Source of the DNA: Chloroflexota bacterium
GTDB taxonomy: Bacteria > Chloroflexota > Dehalococcoidia > JACPQD01
Length of the DNA: 64,000 bases
NCBI GenBank assembly: GCA_016190665.1
Contig: JACPQD010000091.1
Location: 27,246-91,245 of the forward strand
Direction: 5' to 3'
Positions 38,012 to 46,309 of the stretch are shown piece after piece; the stretch's first letter is position 1, and every line of letters starts with the position of its first letter. Below the pieces are notes generated by a model that was not told the origin of the DNA, made no database searches, and saw only the letters and a program-made list of their open reading frames with translations. The position numbers and the translations under genes were made by a program.

Positions 38012-38731
38012 GTGGTCATTCGTCCGACGGGGTCCATCTGGGGCGTGGACGGCTGCCCAGGGGGCTGGGTCGTGACCTCGAAGGATCTCGACTCTGGCCT
38101 CCTATCCTGGCGCTTTTTCAGGACAGCAGAGGAACTCCTTGGGTGCGAGCACAAGACGCGAATGATCGCCATCGACATCCCCATCGGATTGACAGAGCGT
38201 GGGCCGCGCGCTTGCGACGTTGGGGCGCGGCGGCTCTTGGGTCCCGGCCGGGCCAGCAGCGTTTTCCCAGCGCCCATCCGGCCGGTGCTGGATGCCAAGA
38301 ACTACGACGAAGCATGCCGAATCCGGCTGCAAGTCGAGGGGAAGAAGCTGTCTCGACAATCCTGGGCTATCGTGCCCAGAATTCGAGTCGTTGACACAAT
38401 GCTCCGTGAAGACGTCGAACTGCGGTCGCGCGTACGCGAGGTGCATCCCGAAGTCTGCTTCTATTTCCTGAATGGGCGAAAACAGCTAAATTGCGGCAAG
38501 AGGAGCGAAGAGGGACGAAAGGAACGGCTGGCGCTGCTCGAACCGGTCTTCGGCCATTGGCTTCGAGATGCTCTGGCCGACCGACATCGACTTGCCAGTG
38601 CACCGGATGATGTGCTCGATGCCTTTGCTGCTCTGTGGACGTCACAGCGGATCGTCGCGGGAACGTGCCAGACGATACCCTCTGAGCCGCCGAGCGACCC
38701 CTTCGGATTGCGTATGGAAATGGTGGTTTGA
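38012..38731 (+). CDS. DUF429-family protein (predicted RNase H-fold nuclease)
   Basis: ..WGVDGCPGGWVV...IAIDIPIGL...RACDVGARRLLG..RASSVFPAP.. is the DUF429 pattern. It starts 1 nt after the vapC stop. Confidence 0.75.
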   Translation: MVIRPTGSIWGVDGCPGGWVVTSKDLDSGLLSWRFFRTAEELLGCEHKTRMIAIDIPIGLTERGPRACDVGARRLLGPGRASSVFPAPIRPVLDAKNYDEACRIRLQVEGKKLSRQSWAIVPRIRVVDTMLREDVELRSRVREVHPEVCFYFLNGRKQLNCGKRSEEGRKERLALLEPVFGHWLRDALADRHRLASAPDDVLDAFAALWTSQRIVAGTCQTIPSEPPSDPFGLRMEMVV

Positions 38732-38774
38732 AGGGGAAAGTCGGCGCTCAACTCAGCCACCGCTCACTTCCTGG

Positions 38775-38803
38775 TTGACAAATGTATATTATAAGCATAT
38801 ACT
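38775..38803 (+). promoter_or_regulatory. Sigma-70-like promoter of brnTA
   Basis: TTGACA (38775-38780), 17-nt spacer containing the palindrome gtatat..atatac, TATACT (38798-38803). The ATG is 6 nt downstream (leaderless-type). Confidence 0.5.
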
Positions 38804-38809
38804 TATCGC

Positions 38810-39127
38810 ATGACGTTGCTTGATGCTCTCTCAAAATGCTCTGGATTCGAGTGGGACAAGTACAACGCCGACAAGATTCAGCTCAAGCGCAATGTTACTC
38901 CATCGGAGTGCGAACAGGTTTTCTTCAACCTGCCGACGGCCGCCAGTGACGATGTCAGACACTCTCAAATAGAGACTCGGTCCTACGCACTTGGCCAGAC
39001 GGATGCGGCAAGGCTGCTATTCTTGGTCTTCACAGTCCGCAACGACAAGATAAGAGTCATCTCGGCAAGAGATATGAATCGAAAAGAAAGGAGGGAATAT
39101 CATTCGCATGAAGAAGAGAATACCTGA
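38810..39127 (+). CDS. brnT: BrnT-family toxin (DUF497)
   Basis: FEWDKYNADKIQLKRNVTPSECEQVF...LFLVFTVRNDKIRVISARDMNRKERREY. Confidence 0.85.
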   Translation: MTLLDALSKCSGFEWDKYNADKIQLKRNVTPSECEQVFFNLPTAASDDVRHSQIETRSYALGQTDAARLLFLVFTVRNDKIRVISARDMNRKERREYHSHEEENT

Positions 39128-39383
39128 GTTCAACGCTGAGGATGAGGAAAGACAGTTCTGGGCGACTCACGATTCGACGGAGTTCATAGACTGGAGAAAA
39201 GCAAAGAGAGTTCTGCTTCCAAATTTGAAACCGTCCGTCAAGACGATTTCTCTTCGGCTTCCGGAGTCAATGCTCGAAGAGCTGAAACTGCTGGCCAACA
39301 AACGGGATGTTCCTTATCAGTCGTTGGTCAAGGTTTTCCTGGCAGAGCGCATCGAAGAGGAACTGAACACTTCTAAAGCTTGA
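39108..39383 (+). CDS. brnA: BrnA-family antitoxin
   Basis: ..EERQFWATHDSTEFIDW..KTISLRLPESMLEELKLLANKRDVPYQSLVKVFLAERI.. It overlaps brnT. Confidence 0.85.
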   Translation: MKKRIPEFNAEDEERQFWATHDSTEFIDWRKAKRVLLPNLKPSVKTISLRLPESMLEELKLLANKRDVPYQSLVKVFLAERIEEELNTSKA

Positions 39384-39450
39384 CAGGGCCGTTTGGAGCA
39401 GGCAGTCGATGCGCTCTCATTGCAAGCCCACTTCCTAAGGAGGAGGCAAC

Positions 39451-40827
39451 ATGTCTAGCTTTCTGGAGCGCTACGAAGAGTTGCACCCCAACTCGCGCGA
39501 CCTCTATGAAAGGGCGAAGAAGTTCCTGCCCGACGGTGTCACACACGACAACCGGCGTCAGTTGCCTTTTCCAATCTATGTCGGCCGCGCTCTCGGCTCG
39601 AAGAAGTGGGATGTGGACCGCAACGAGTACATCGATTACGTGGTTGGGCACGGGGCCTTGCTCCTGGGGCACAGCCGTCCCGAGATAGTGGCCGCGGTCA
39701 GCAACCAGATGACCAAAGGCACGCACTACGGCGCTAGCAGCGCCCTGGAGATGCACTGGGCCTCCTGGGTGAACCGGCTGGTCCCCTCGGCGGAGAAAGT
39801 GAGGTTCTTCAGCTCAGGCACCGAGGCCACCCTCATGGCTATCCGGCTGGCGCGCGCCTATACGGGCAAGGACAAGCTGCTTCGCTTCGAGGACCATTTC
39901 GATGGTTGGCACGACTATACGTGTCACGTGCACATGGAACCGGGCAAAGCCCCCGAGGCGCCGGGCGTGCCCGCCGCCTCCCTTTCCACAGTGACGATAG
40001 TCCCCCAAAATGACGCTACCCTGGTGGACAAAACCCTATCTTCCGGGGAATTCGCCGCCCTCATCCTGGAGCCGACAGGGCCGTCCTGGGGCCTGGTGCC
40101 CATTAAGGATGGTTTCCTCGCCGATCTGCGGGAGATTACGAGACGTCACAATGTAGTCCTCATCTTCGATGAGGTGATCACTGGCTTCCGCGTGGCGGTG
40201 GGCGGCGCTCAGGAATTTTACAACGTGAAACCAGACCTGACTACCCTGGGCAAGTGCGTCGCCGGCGGGCTGCCCGGGGCCGCTGTCGCCGGTCGTGCGG
40301 ACATCATGGCCATGATAGAGTTCCGCGACGACGAGCGCTGGAACTCTACCCGCCGCATCGCCCATCCCGGCACCTTCAACGCCAATCCACTCTCGGCGGC
40401 GGCTGGGGTCACCGGGCTTCAGATTCTGTCCAGCGGCAAGGAGCAGGAGACTGCCAACGCCCTGGGCGCTCGGCTCAGAAAGCGCCTGAACGACGTCCTT
40501 GACAGGCTGGGCATTCCGGGCTGCGTCTATGGCGATTTCTCCATGTTCAAGTTCTTTGTCACCAGGGAATGCTCGCAGCGGGGCTGCGACCGCAGCGCCT
40601 GCACCGTCACCGCCGAGGATATCAGGAAGGCCGGCGCCCGTACCGGGGGCCTATCGGCGGAGGCAGCCAGGAATTTCCGCTGGGGGATGCTGAACGCGGG
40701 CATAGACTTCATGGGCAGCCGCGGCGGCATGCTTTCCTCAGCCCACACCGAGGAGGATATCGATCGCACCATCGCCGCCTTTGAAGAGGTGCTGGGGGAA
40801 CTGCAACGGGAAGGGCTGCTGAAGTAG
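39451..40827 (+). CDS. Class-III PLP-dependent aminotransferase (glutamate-1-semialdehyde aminomutase-like)
   Basis: 458 aa. ..DVDRNEYIDYVVGHGALLLGH.., ..FFSSGTEATLMAIRLARAYTGK.., ..LIFDEVITGFRVA.GGAQ... SD aaggagga lies upstream. Confidence 0.88.
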   Translation: MSSFLERYEELHPNSRDLYERAKKFLPDGVTHDNRRQLPFPIYVGRALGSKKWDVDRNEYIDYVVGHGALLLGHSRPEIVAAVSNQMTKGTHYGASSALEMHWASWVNRLVPSAEKVRFFSSGTEATLMAIRLARAYTGKDKLLRFEDHFDGWHDYTCHVHMEPGKAPEAPGVPAASLSTVTIVPQNDATLVDKTLSSGEFAALILEPTGPSWGLVPIKDGFLADLREITRRHNVVLIFDEVITGFRVAVGGAQEFYNVKPDLTTLGKCVAGGLPGAAVAGRADIMAMIEFRDDERWNSTRRIAHPGTFNANPLSAAAGVTGLQILSSGKEQETANALGARLRKRLNDVLDRLGIPGCVYGDFSMFKFFVTRECSQRGCDRSACTVTAEDIRKAGARTGGLSAEAARNFRWGMLNAGIDFMGSRGGMLSSAHTEEDIDRTIAAFEEVLGELQREGLLK

Positions 40828-40835
40828 GCGACCTC

Positions 40836-41321
40836 ATGAGGAAGCAGCAGGACAACTACGCGTTTATCGATAGCCAGAATCTGAACCTATCCATTCGGCG
40901 CCAGGGGTGGATACTCGATTTTGGCAAGTTCAGGCGGTATCTCCAAGATAAGTATGGCGTTACCAAAGCCTTCCTTTTCATAGGATACGTTTACGATAAC
41001 CAGGGGCTCTATATCGACCTCCAGAAACACGGCTACATCGTAGTCTTCAAGCCAACCCTGACGTTGCCGGACGGGAGCGTCAAAGGTAACGTTGATGCCG
41101 AATTGGTGCTGCATACGATGATCGAATACGAGAATTTCGAGAAGGCTTTAATTGTTACCGGAGACGGTGACTTCTACTGCTTAGTAGATCACCTGATCAA
41201 GAAGGGCAAGCTTCTGAAGCTGATGGTCCCAGACAAAAACAGGTTCTCGTCCCTGTTCAGAAGGGTCATGTCTCATCTGGTCTTCATGAATAGTCTGAAG
41301 GACAAGCTGGAACGCCGATGA
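40836..41321 (+). CDS. NYN-domain (LabA/DUF88-like) protein
   Basis: YAFIDSQNLNLSI...KGNVDAELVLHTM...ALIVTGDGDFYCLV is the NYN ribonuclease-fold pattern. Confidence 0.82.
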   Translation: MRKQQDNYAFIDSQNLNLSIRRQGWILDFGKFRRYLQDKYGVTKAFLFIGYVYDNQGLYIDLQKHGYIVVFKPTLTLPDGSVKGNVDAELVLHTMIEYENFEKALIVTGDGDFYCLVDHLIKKGKLLKLMVPDKNRFSSLFRRVMSHLVFMNSLKDKLERR

Positions 41322-41333
41322 GAAAGCACATAA

Positions 41334-41432
41334 GAAGAGAGGCATTGCCGCGGGACGGAACCCTTTGGCCTTGCCTCTCATCGTTGAAGAGGCATTGCCG
41401 CGGGACGGAACCCTTTGGTTTGCCTCTCATCG
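41334..41432. repeat. Two tandem copies of a ~48-bp hairpin repeat (third copy at 54241-54289)
   Basis: ga(a)gaggcattgccgcgggacggaaccctttgg(cc/t)ttgcctctcatcg occurs twice head-to-tail. Each copy has the stem gagaggca/tgcctctc. Confidence 0.9.
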
Positions 41433-41515
41433 AAATTGTAACTTTAGTATAGCGTAGAACAGCATGCGTGTCAAGGTCATCTTCCTTGATGCCATACCCA
41501 CAACGGAGGAATGAG

Positions 41516-42370
41516 ATGAAAGAAGAAGTCAAGGTAGCCGCGGTCCAGATGGAGGTCAAATGGCTGGACCTCGAGGCGAACATCGCGCGGGTGCAGGAGC
41601 TGACGGAGAAGGTCGTCGCTGAAGGGCCGGTGGACCTCATCGTTTTCCCGGAGACGGCAAACTCCGGCCTGCCCACGAAACGCGATAAATACTACGGCCA
41701 GAAGCTCGCCGAGATAGCGGAGCGCATACCGGGGCCCTTCACCAAGACGCTGGCAACTCTGGCTAAGAAGCACAGCACCTACATCGTCGCTGGCCTCACT
41801 GAGGCGCATCCCACCATCCCCTTCACCTTCTACAACTCGGCGGCGCTCATCGGGCCGGAAGGGAACGTCATGGGCGTCTATCACAAGGCCCACATCCCCT
41901 CCGAGGAGAAACACTACTTCTATCCGGGCAGCACCGTAGAAGTGTTCCCCACCGAGCTGGGCAACGTCGCCATCCAGATTTGCGCCGATTTCTCCTTTCC
42001 GGAATACTCGCGAGTCTTCGCCTTGAAGGGCGCGGAGATACAGGTCGTCACCTATAGCCGGGGGAAGAGGGACAGCGACCTCGACCTCTATCACCATGTG
42101 GTCGCCTGCCGCGCCTATGAGAACCAGAACTTCGTGGTGAGCTGCAACCGGGTGGGCGTTCATGCCGAGACGGCCGTTGGAGAGGGGCGAAGCTGCATCG
42201 CGGCGCCCAACGGCGTCATCCTCGCCCGCTCCGACACCGAGAACGAGGAAATCCTGCGTGCCACCCTGAAACGAGACGTCCTGGTCTCCGCCCGCACCAA
42301 CCAGTCCCGCTTCCGAGACCGCCGCCCCGACCTCTATGGGATCGTGACGGAGGGGTTTGAGGAGACGTAG
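41516..42370 (+). CDS. Carbon-nitrogen hydrolase (nitrilase/amidase superfamily)
   Basis: MKEEVKVAAVQMEV...DLIVFPE...HKAHIP...IQICADFSFPE carries the E-K-C catalytic triad context. The start is placed at ATG 41516 with ggagga upstream. Confidence 0.88.
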   Translation: MKEEVKVAAVQMEVKWLDLEANIARVQELTEKVVAEGPVDLIVFPETANSGLPTKRDKYYGQKLAEIAERIPGPFTKTLATLAKKHSTYIVAGLTEAHPTIPFTFYNSAALIGPEGNVMGVYHKAHIPSEEKHYFYPGSTVEVFPTELGNVAIQICADFSFPEYSRVFALKGAEIQVVTYSRGKRDSDLDLYHHVVACRAYENQNFVVSCNRVGVHAETAVGEGRSCIAAPNGVILARSDTENEEILRATLKRDVLVSARTNQSRFRDRRPDLYGIVTEGFEET

Positions 42371-42393
42371 AGCCCGGGAGCCCGGCCAACTCA

Positions 42394-42422
42394 GTGACAA
42401 GATATATCACGGATGATATACT
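42394..42422 (+). promoter_or_regulatory. Sigma-70-like promoter in front of the RelE/HigB-like module
   Basis: GTGACA (42394-42399), 17-nt spacer, TATACT (42417-42422) directly abutting ATG 42423. The real start codon may therefore be slightly downstream (for example GTG 42429). Confidence 0.4.
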
Positions 42423-42776
42423 ATGGCAGTGAGCGCATGGGAACTTGTCTTCTATGAGACGATAGCAGGGCAGCGTCCGGTGCAGGACTACCTGAACGAT
42501 CTGAGTGATAATGAGAGAGCCAAGGTGACGTTCCACCTCGACCTGCTTTCCGCGTTCGGCTTGGGCTTGGGGGCGCCGCACGTCCGCGGTATTCGCGGCA
42601 AACTGTGGGAGCTACGCGCGACAGGACACACCCAGCACAGGATATTTTACTTTGCAGCGTCCGGTAGGCGCCTGGTTTTGCTTCACGCCTTCACCAAGAA
42701 GACACCCAGAACGCCGCCCGCTGAAATCCATACGGCTGCCCGCCGTATGGACGACTACCTGGAGAGGATGCCCTGA
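42423..42776 (+). CDS. RelE/ParE-superfamily toxin (HigB / phage Gp49-like)
   Basis: ..YETIAGQRPVQDYLNDL...IRGKLWELRATGHTQHRIFYFAASGRRLVLLHAFTKKTPRTPPAEI.. is the typical Gp49/HigB-like pattern. Confidence 0.8.
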   Translation: MAVSAWELVFYETIAGQRPVQDYLNDLSDNERAKVTFHLDLLSAFGLGLGAPHVRGIRGKLWELRATGHTQHRIFYFAASGRRLVLLHAFTKKTPRTPPAEIHTAARRMDDYLERMP

Positions 42777-43081
42777 TGACCTACGATGACTACGTTGCCC
42801 AACAAGAGGCCACTAACCCCGCCTTCCGAGAAGCGCGCGAAAGGCTGCGCCCGCAATTTGAGTTCACGAAAGCCCTGATCGCGGCTCGGCTGGCTGCGGG
42901 TCTGACGCAAAAGCAAATGGCTGAGAAGATGGGAATATCGCAGGCCGCCGTAGCCCGTCTCGAGAGCGGCGCACGCCTACCCAATCTCGATACCCTTTAC
43001 CGCCTGGCTCGGGTCCTCGGCGTTGACTTCGTCACCACACCGGAAGAACCTCTGGCGATTCGTCCCCACAAGGCGGCGTGA
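42776..43081 (+). CDS. XRE-family HTH antitoxin (HigA-like)
   Basis: ..LIAARLAAGLTQKQMAEKMGISQAAVARLESG.. The start overlaps the toxin stop. Confidence 0.85.
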   Translation: MTYDDYVAQQEATNPAFREARERLRPQFEFTKALIAARLAAGLTQKQMAEKMGISQAAVARLESGARLPNLDTLYRLARVLGVDFVTTPEEPLAIRPHKAA

Positions 43082-43101
43082 CAGTTCCGGAGGACTCAGA
43101 C

Positions 43102-43332
43102 ATGAAGATCAGCTATGATCCCGGAATTGACGCCCTCTATATTCGCCTGCTCGAAGGGAAGCACGAGTGCCGCACCGTGCGGCTGAATGAAGAAGTTGCC
43201 CTCAACATCGGCAAGGGCGAGAAGCTCGTGGGCATCGAAATCCTAGATGCCAAAGGGATCTTGGAGGAGGGAATGCCAGCGGCGTGTGTGGTTGACCTAG
43301 ACGACGTCTCGACAGCCCAGAGGCCGGCCTGA
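43102..43332 (+). CDS. DUF2283 protein (copy 2)
   Basis: MKISYDPGIDALYIRLLEGKHECRTVRLNEEVALNIGKGEKLVGIEILDA. It lies 20 nt after the XRE gene. The 5-prime half closely matches copy 3 at 55364 at the nucleotide level. Confidence 0.82.
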   Translation: MKISYDPGIDALYIRLLEGKHECRTVRLNEEVALNIGKGEKLVGIEILDAKGILEEGMPAACVVDLDDVSTAQRPA

Positions 43333-43416
43333 GCGGACTGGGTGCAACCCTGAGGCGGATTCATCGTATATCTTGGATTGCGGATCTGCCCAACGCCCCG
43401 ACCCAGAGAGGTGTAC

Positions 43417-43908
43417 CTACGCCCTGAAGCCCAACTCGCCGAGCATGTCCCACAGGCTGAGGCAGCTCAGCCCGAATGCACTAGCGACATCCGGGATTTT
43501 CGGTTTTGTTGAGGCGGGCTCGGGCTTTTCAAAGGTCACGATTCTTCCGCCGTATGCTCTGGCGTGCGCGATTATCCAGGGGTCAGCGCCACTCAAGAAA
43601 GCTTGTACGTGCTGAGGTTGGAACCTCGCCGCGCCGTTCACCTTATCGGCCACTTCGCTGAACGCTCTTTGAACACTATCATCGGGGACGATGAACAGCG
43701 AAACCTGCTGTCTGGCCCACTGCGCCAACTCGTCGCCGTCTCGTAGCTCTCCGAGCACAAGCGTTGAACTACCGATTAGCTTCTCGTCGGCTTGTTGGTG
43801 CAGAAAATCCCACAGGGCGGTCCCGAAACTGAAGCGGTATGGCCCCCTGCTTGGGGTTATTGGACTGTCAGCGTCCAACCAGAACTGTATCAGACCGTAC
43901 TTCCCCAA
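43417..43908 (-). CDS. DUF4411-family (PIN-like) protein
   Basis: 163 aa. ..YWLDADS-type start (FWLDADSPITPSRGPY), ..DPWIIAHARAYGGRIVTFE... It overlaps the upstream ImmA/IrrE gene by 19 nt. Confidence 0.78.
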   Translation of the reverse strand: MGKYGLIQFWLDADSPITPSRGPYRFSFGTALWDFLHQQADEKLIGSSTLVLGELRDGDELAQWARQQVSLFIVPDDSVQRAFSEVADKVNGAARFQPQHVQAFLSGADPWIIAHARAYGGRIVTFEKPEPASTKPKIPDVASAFGLSCLSLWDMLGELGFRA

Positions 43909-45062
43909 AGACGATTTTCGATCCTGGTGAGTTTTCCTATCCTGACGTTGAGAAGCCGTGCCGCTTCTCTGGGCGATACCCGCCCCTCTGCCGTGGCCGC
44001 AATAAGCGCCCTCGTCAGGCTTGCGCCGTTGCGGGACAAGAGAGTTGTGTAAAAATTACCCTTGCTTTCTTTGCCATGCCCCGCCGGGTGTGGGCGCAAC
44101 ATTTCTGCATACCTTGCTGCATACGTTTCAACCGGGATCTTGCCAACTTCGTAACTGCGTCGAAGAATGACAAATCTGCTAACCCGGTAGTGAGCAGAAA
44201 GTGTTCGCAGGTTATGGTCCACATCTTTGAAATCGTCCCACCGCATGGCGAAGTCCGTTTTGGGCACGAGAACTTCGGCCGCTACGGTGTTACATTGGCT
44301 CTCAACCGCGTTCTGCTGGCCAAAAGACCGCAAGCCATAGTCCGGATCCGATATGCCACTCTCGCCCATCCAGATGTGGGCCAATTCGTGAGCCAGGGTA
44401 AAGATTCTGGCGGCTCCTGCGTCATTGGAGTTGATGAATACCAGCGGCGCTAAGCTATCGCTGATAGAGAATCCCCTGAATTCTTCGACCGCAAGGTGCC
44501 TGGTTGTGTTGCCGCCGACAATACCACTGCGCAAGACTAACACATGTGCCTCTTCGGCCGTACGAATGAACTCCGTCAGGAACTGCTCGGAGCTCGCAAC
44601 GCGTTCGCGTAGGCCGTCGTCGATGCCGAGCTCCCTGCGGATGTCCGCGGCGACGATGCCAGGGTCTTCACCGCGGCTGAAGCGCCCCACGAATGGCACA
44701 GCCCTTGCCCCTTCGGATTCCAGGTATTCGTGATACCATTGCTGCTTTCTTAGCACGTCGTACAGCAGGTCCAAGAATTCAGGGCTGGGCTTGGGCGGGG
44801 GTGTTCCCCCAGTTGTGCGCAGGTCGGGTAGGGGGACTGTCTGTTGCGGTGGGGTAGAGAGATAGAGGTAGCCAAACGGAATGTTGAACTTCTGAGCTAA
44901 TCCTTGAGCCTGGCGAAATGTGGGGCGAGATTCGCCAGTCTCCCAGGCAAGCAAGGTGTCTGCGTCCAACTTCAGCTTGCTGCCAGCTTCATGAATGTCC
45001 CAGGTACGTCGCTCACGCGCCCACTGCACGATCTTAGGATTGATTAAAGCCTGGACCGTCAC
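43890..45062 (-). CDS. XRE HTH + ImmA/IrrE (COG2856) zinc metallopeptidase fusion
   Basis: N-terminal HTH region (..IVQWARERRTWDIHEAGSKLKLDADTLLAWETGESRPTFRQAQ..) and the HEXXH motif FTLAHELAHIW. The start is placed at GTG 45062 with aggggg upstream (ORF track: 45146). Confidence 0.82.
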   Translation of the reverse strand: MTVQALINPKIVQWARERRTWDIHEAGSKLKLDADTLLAWETGESRPTFRQAQGLAQKFNIPFGYLYLSTPPQQTVPLPDLRTTGGTPPPKPSPEFLDLLYDVLRKQQWYHEYLESEGARAVPFVGRFSRGEDPGIVAADIRRELGIDDGLRERVASSEQFLTEFIRTAEEAHVLVLRSGIVGGNTTRHLAVEEFRGFSISDSLAPLVFINSNDAGAARIFTLAHELAHIWMGESGISDPDYGLRSFGQQNAVESQCNTVAAEVLVPKTDFAMRWDDFKDVDHNLRTLSAHYRVSRFVILRRSYEVGKIPVETYAARYAEMLRPHPAGHGKESKGNFYTTLLSRNGASLTRALIAATAEGRVSPREAARLLNVRIGKLTRIENRLWGSTV

Positions 45063-45182
45063 TCGTGCCCCCTGCCAAGTCCACCAAGAGCGTATTGATG
45101 CTGCTATTATACGCCTGAAAGCACACTCGCGAGAATAGTTCTGCATACCAACCAGCCCGGAATCCTTGCGGTTCCTTATTAT

Positions 45183-45782
45183 TCATTGTGCCCCACTCAT
45201 CAACCCAGCCACCTCTTCCGCCCTTACCACCCTCGCCCCCAGCGCCACCAGACTGGCGTTTTCCCTGCTGTCGAGTGTCAAGACGGGCTTGCCCCAGCCA
45301 ATGACCTTCCTGGCCAGGGCCTCCGTCTTGCCGCCGGGAGCAGCGTAGGCAAAGAGGACCTGGTCCGCCAGAGTGGCGACGAACTCATTGCGCTTCTCGG
45401 ACAGCTCGACGGTGGGGCGCCGGAAGTGTTCGGCAAAGGGCGATAAGAGCAGCAGCCGTCCCTGCTTGAGAGCCGTTTTCCAGGCGGCCGGCAGGCGCAT
45501 GCCGTGAAGACTCCGGGCGGGGCAAATGATCACCGGCTGGCTGCCGCGAAGGAGGAGGTCAAGGCAGTCTTTCTCGATGGGCGATTGAAACCCGCCGACG
45601 ACGGTGACGCCGGCGTCACGCAACGCGCGAGCGAAATCGTAGGCCTGCACGATGGGTTCTCCCGGGCATCTCACCGAGCAGAAGAGGGCCAGCTTCCTCC
45701 CGCGAAGGATGCCAGGCTCTCCGAGCGAGAAGGCCGGATTAGTCAGGCCGGGGAAATGTATGGACGCTGGTATCAGCAACAC
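45183..45782 (-). CDS. Short DprA/Smf-like Rossmann protein (SLOG superfamily), lacking other DprA domains
   Basis: 199 aa. ..RKLALFCSVRCPGEPIVQAYDFARALRDAGVTVVGGFQSPIEKDCLDLLLRGSQPVIICPARSL.. parallels the DprA core (..SG.A.GID..H...L....T.AVL..GL). Confidence 0.7.
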   Translation of the reverse strand: MLLIPASIHFPGLTNPAFSLGEPGILRGRKLALFCSVRCPGEPIVQAYDFARALRDAGVTVVGGFQSPIEKDCLDLLLRGSQPVIICPARSLHGMRLPAAWKTALKQGRLLLLSPFAEHFRRPTVELSEKRNEFVATLADQVLFAYAAPGGKTEALARKVIGWGKPVLTLDSRENASLVALGARVVRAEEVAGLMSGAQ

Positions 45783-45853
45783 AGAACCGATGAGCCGCCC
45801 ATCTCTTTGAGCCCTGTAAAACCAGCATTTGCCCTCTATTCGCGGTTTTCCTG

Positions 45854-46267
45854 CTACTTGCAGGCAGTTCGAGCCTCTTGAGCTTCATGAAAACCAATGG
45901 CCCGGGCTAGAGCGGTAAGCATGTACTGGTTCAAACTGACTCCTTCAAGTTGCGCAACGCGTATCAACGATTCATGCATAGATGGAGGCATCCGAAGCAC
46001 TATTTTCCCGCTGGATTTTTGAGGCTCAACAGGTGGAGGAATGTTGACACCCAGCTTGAGACAGGTCTCAAACCATTCCGGTTTCTCAATCAGCAGTTCT
46101 TTGACGGCCTCTTCGGGGGTATTGCCGGTCATCGTCAAATCCGGTAATTCAACGTAGCCTGCCACGTAGTATCCGCCCTGCTCCGGCCGATACTTAACTG
46201 TCATGGTATAGGGCAGACTCATATAATATTCAATCTGCTTCTTGATATCGGTTTCACTGGTGACCAT
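45854..46267 (-). CDS. hicB: HicB-family antitoxin (no hicA present)
   Basis: ..YTMTVKYRPEQGGYYVAGYVELPDLTMTGNTPEEAVKEL.. plus the C-terminal RHH-like LRMPPSMHESLIRVAQLEGVSLNQYMLTALA. Confidence 0.85.
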   Translation of the reverse strand: MVTSETDIKKQIEYYMSLPYTMTVKYRPEQGGYYVAGYVELPDLTMTGNTPEEAVKELLIEKPEWFETCLKLGVNIPPPVEPQKSSGKIVLRMPPSMHESLIRVAQLEGVSLNQYMLTALARAIGFHEAQEARTACK

Positions 46268-46309
46268 TCTATTCTTCTTTCATTTCATCAATGAATAGCC
46301 GCTCATAGC

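Noticed and set aside
41334-41432. Tandem 48-bp repeats as a mini CRISPR array
   Set aside because: There are only two directly abutting copies with no spacer between them, no cas genes, and the third copy is solitary. The internal long hairpin is more REP/MITE-like.
35716-43400. Co-oriented array of small TA cassettes resembling a sedentary chromosomal integron (CALIN-like cassette array)
   Set aside because: No intI integrase or attI is present in the window. I could not find a recurring attC-type imperfect palindrome with RYYYAAC/GTTRRRY cores after each cassette. The only recurring hairpin (41334-41432, 54241-54289) is present at two sites, not between all cassettes.
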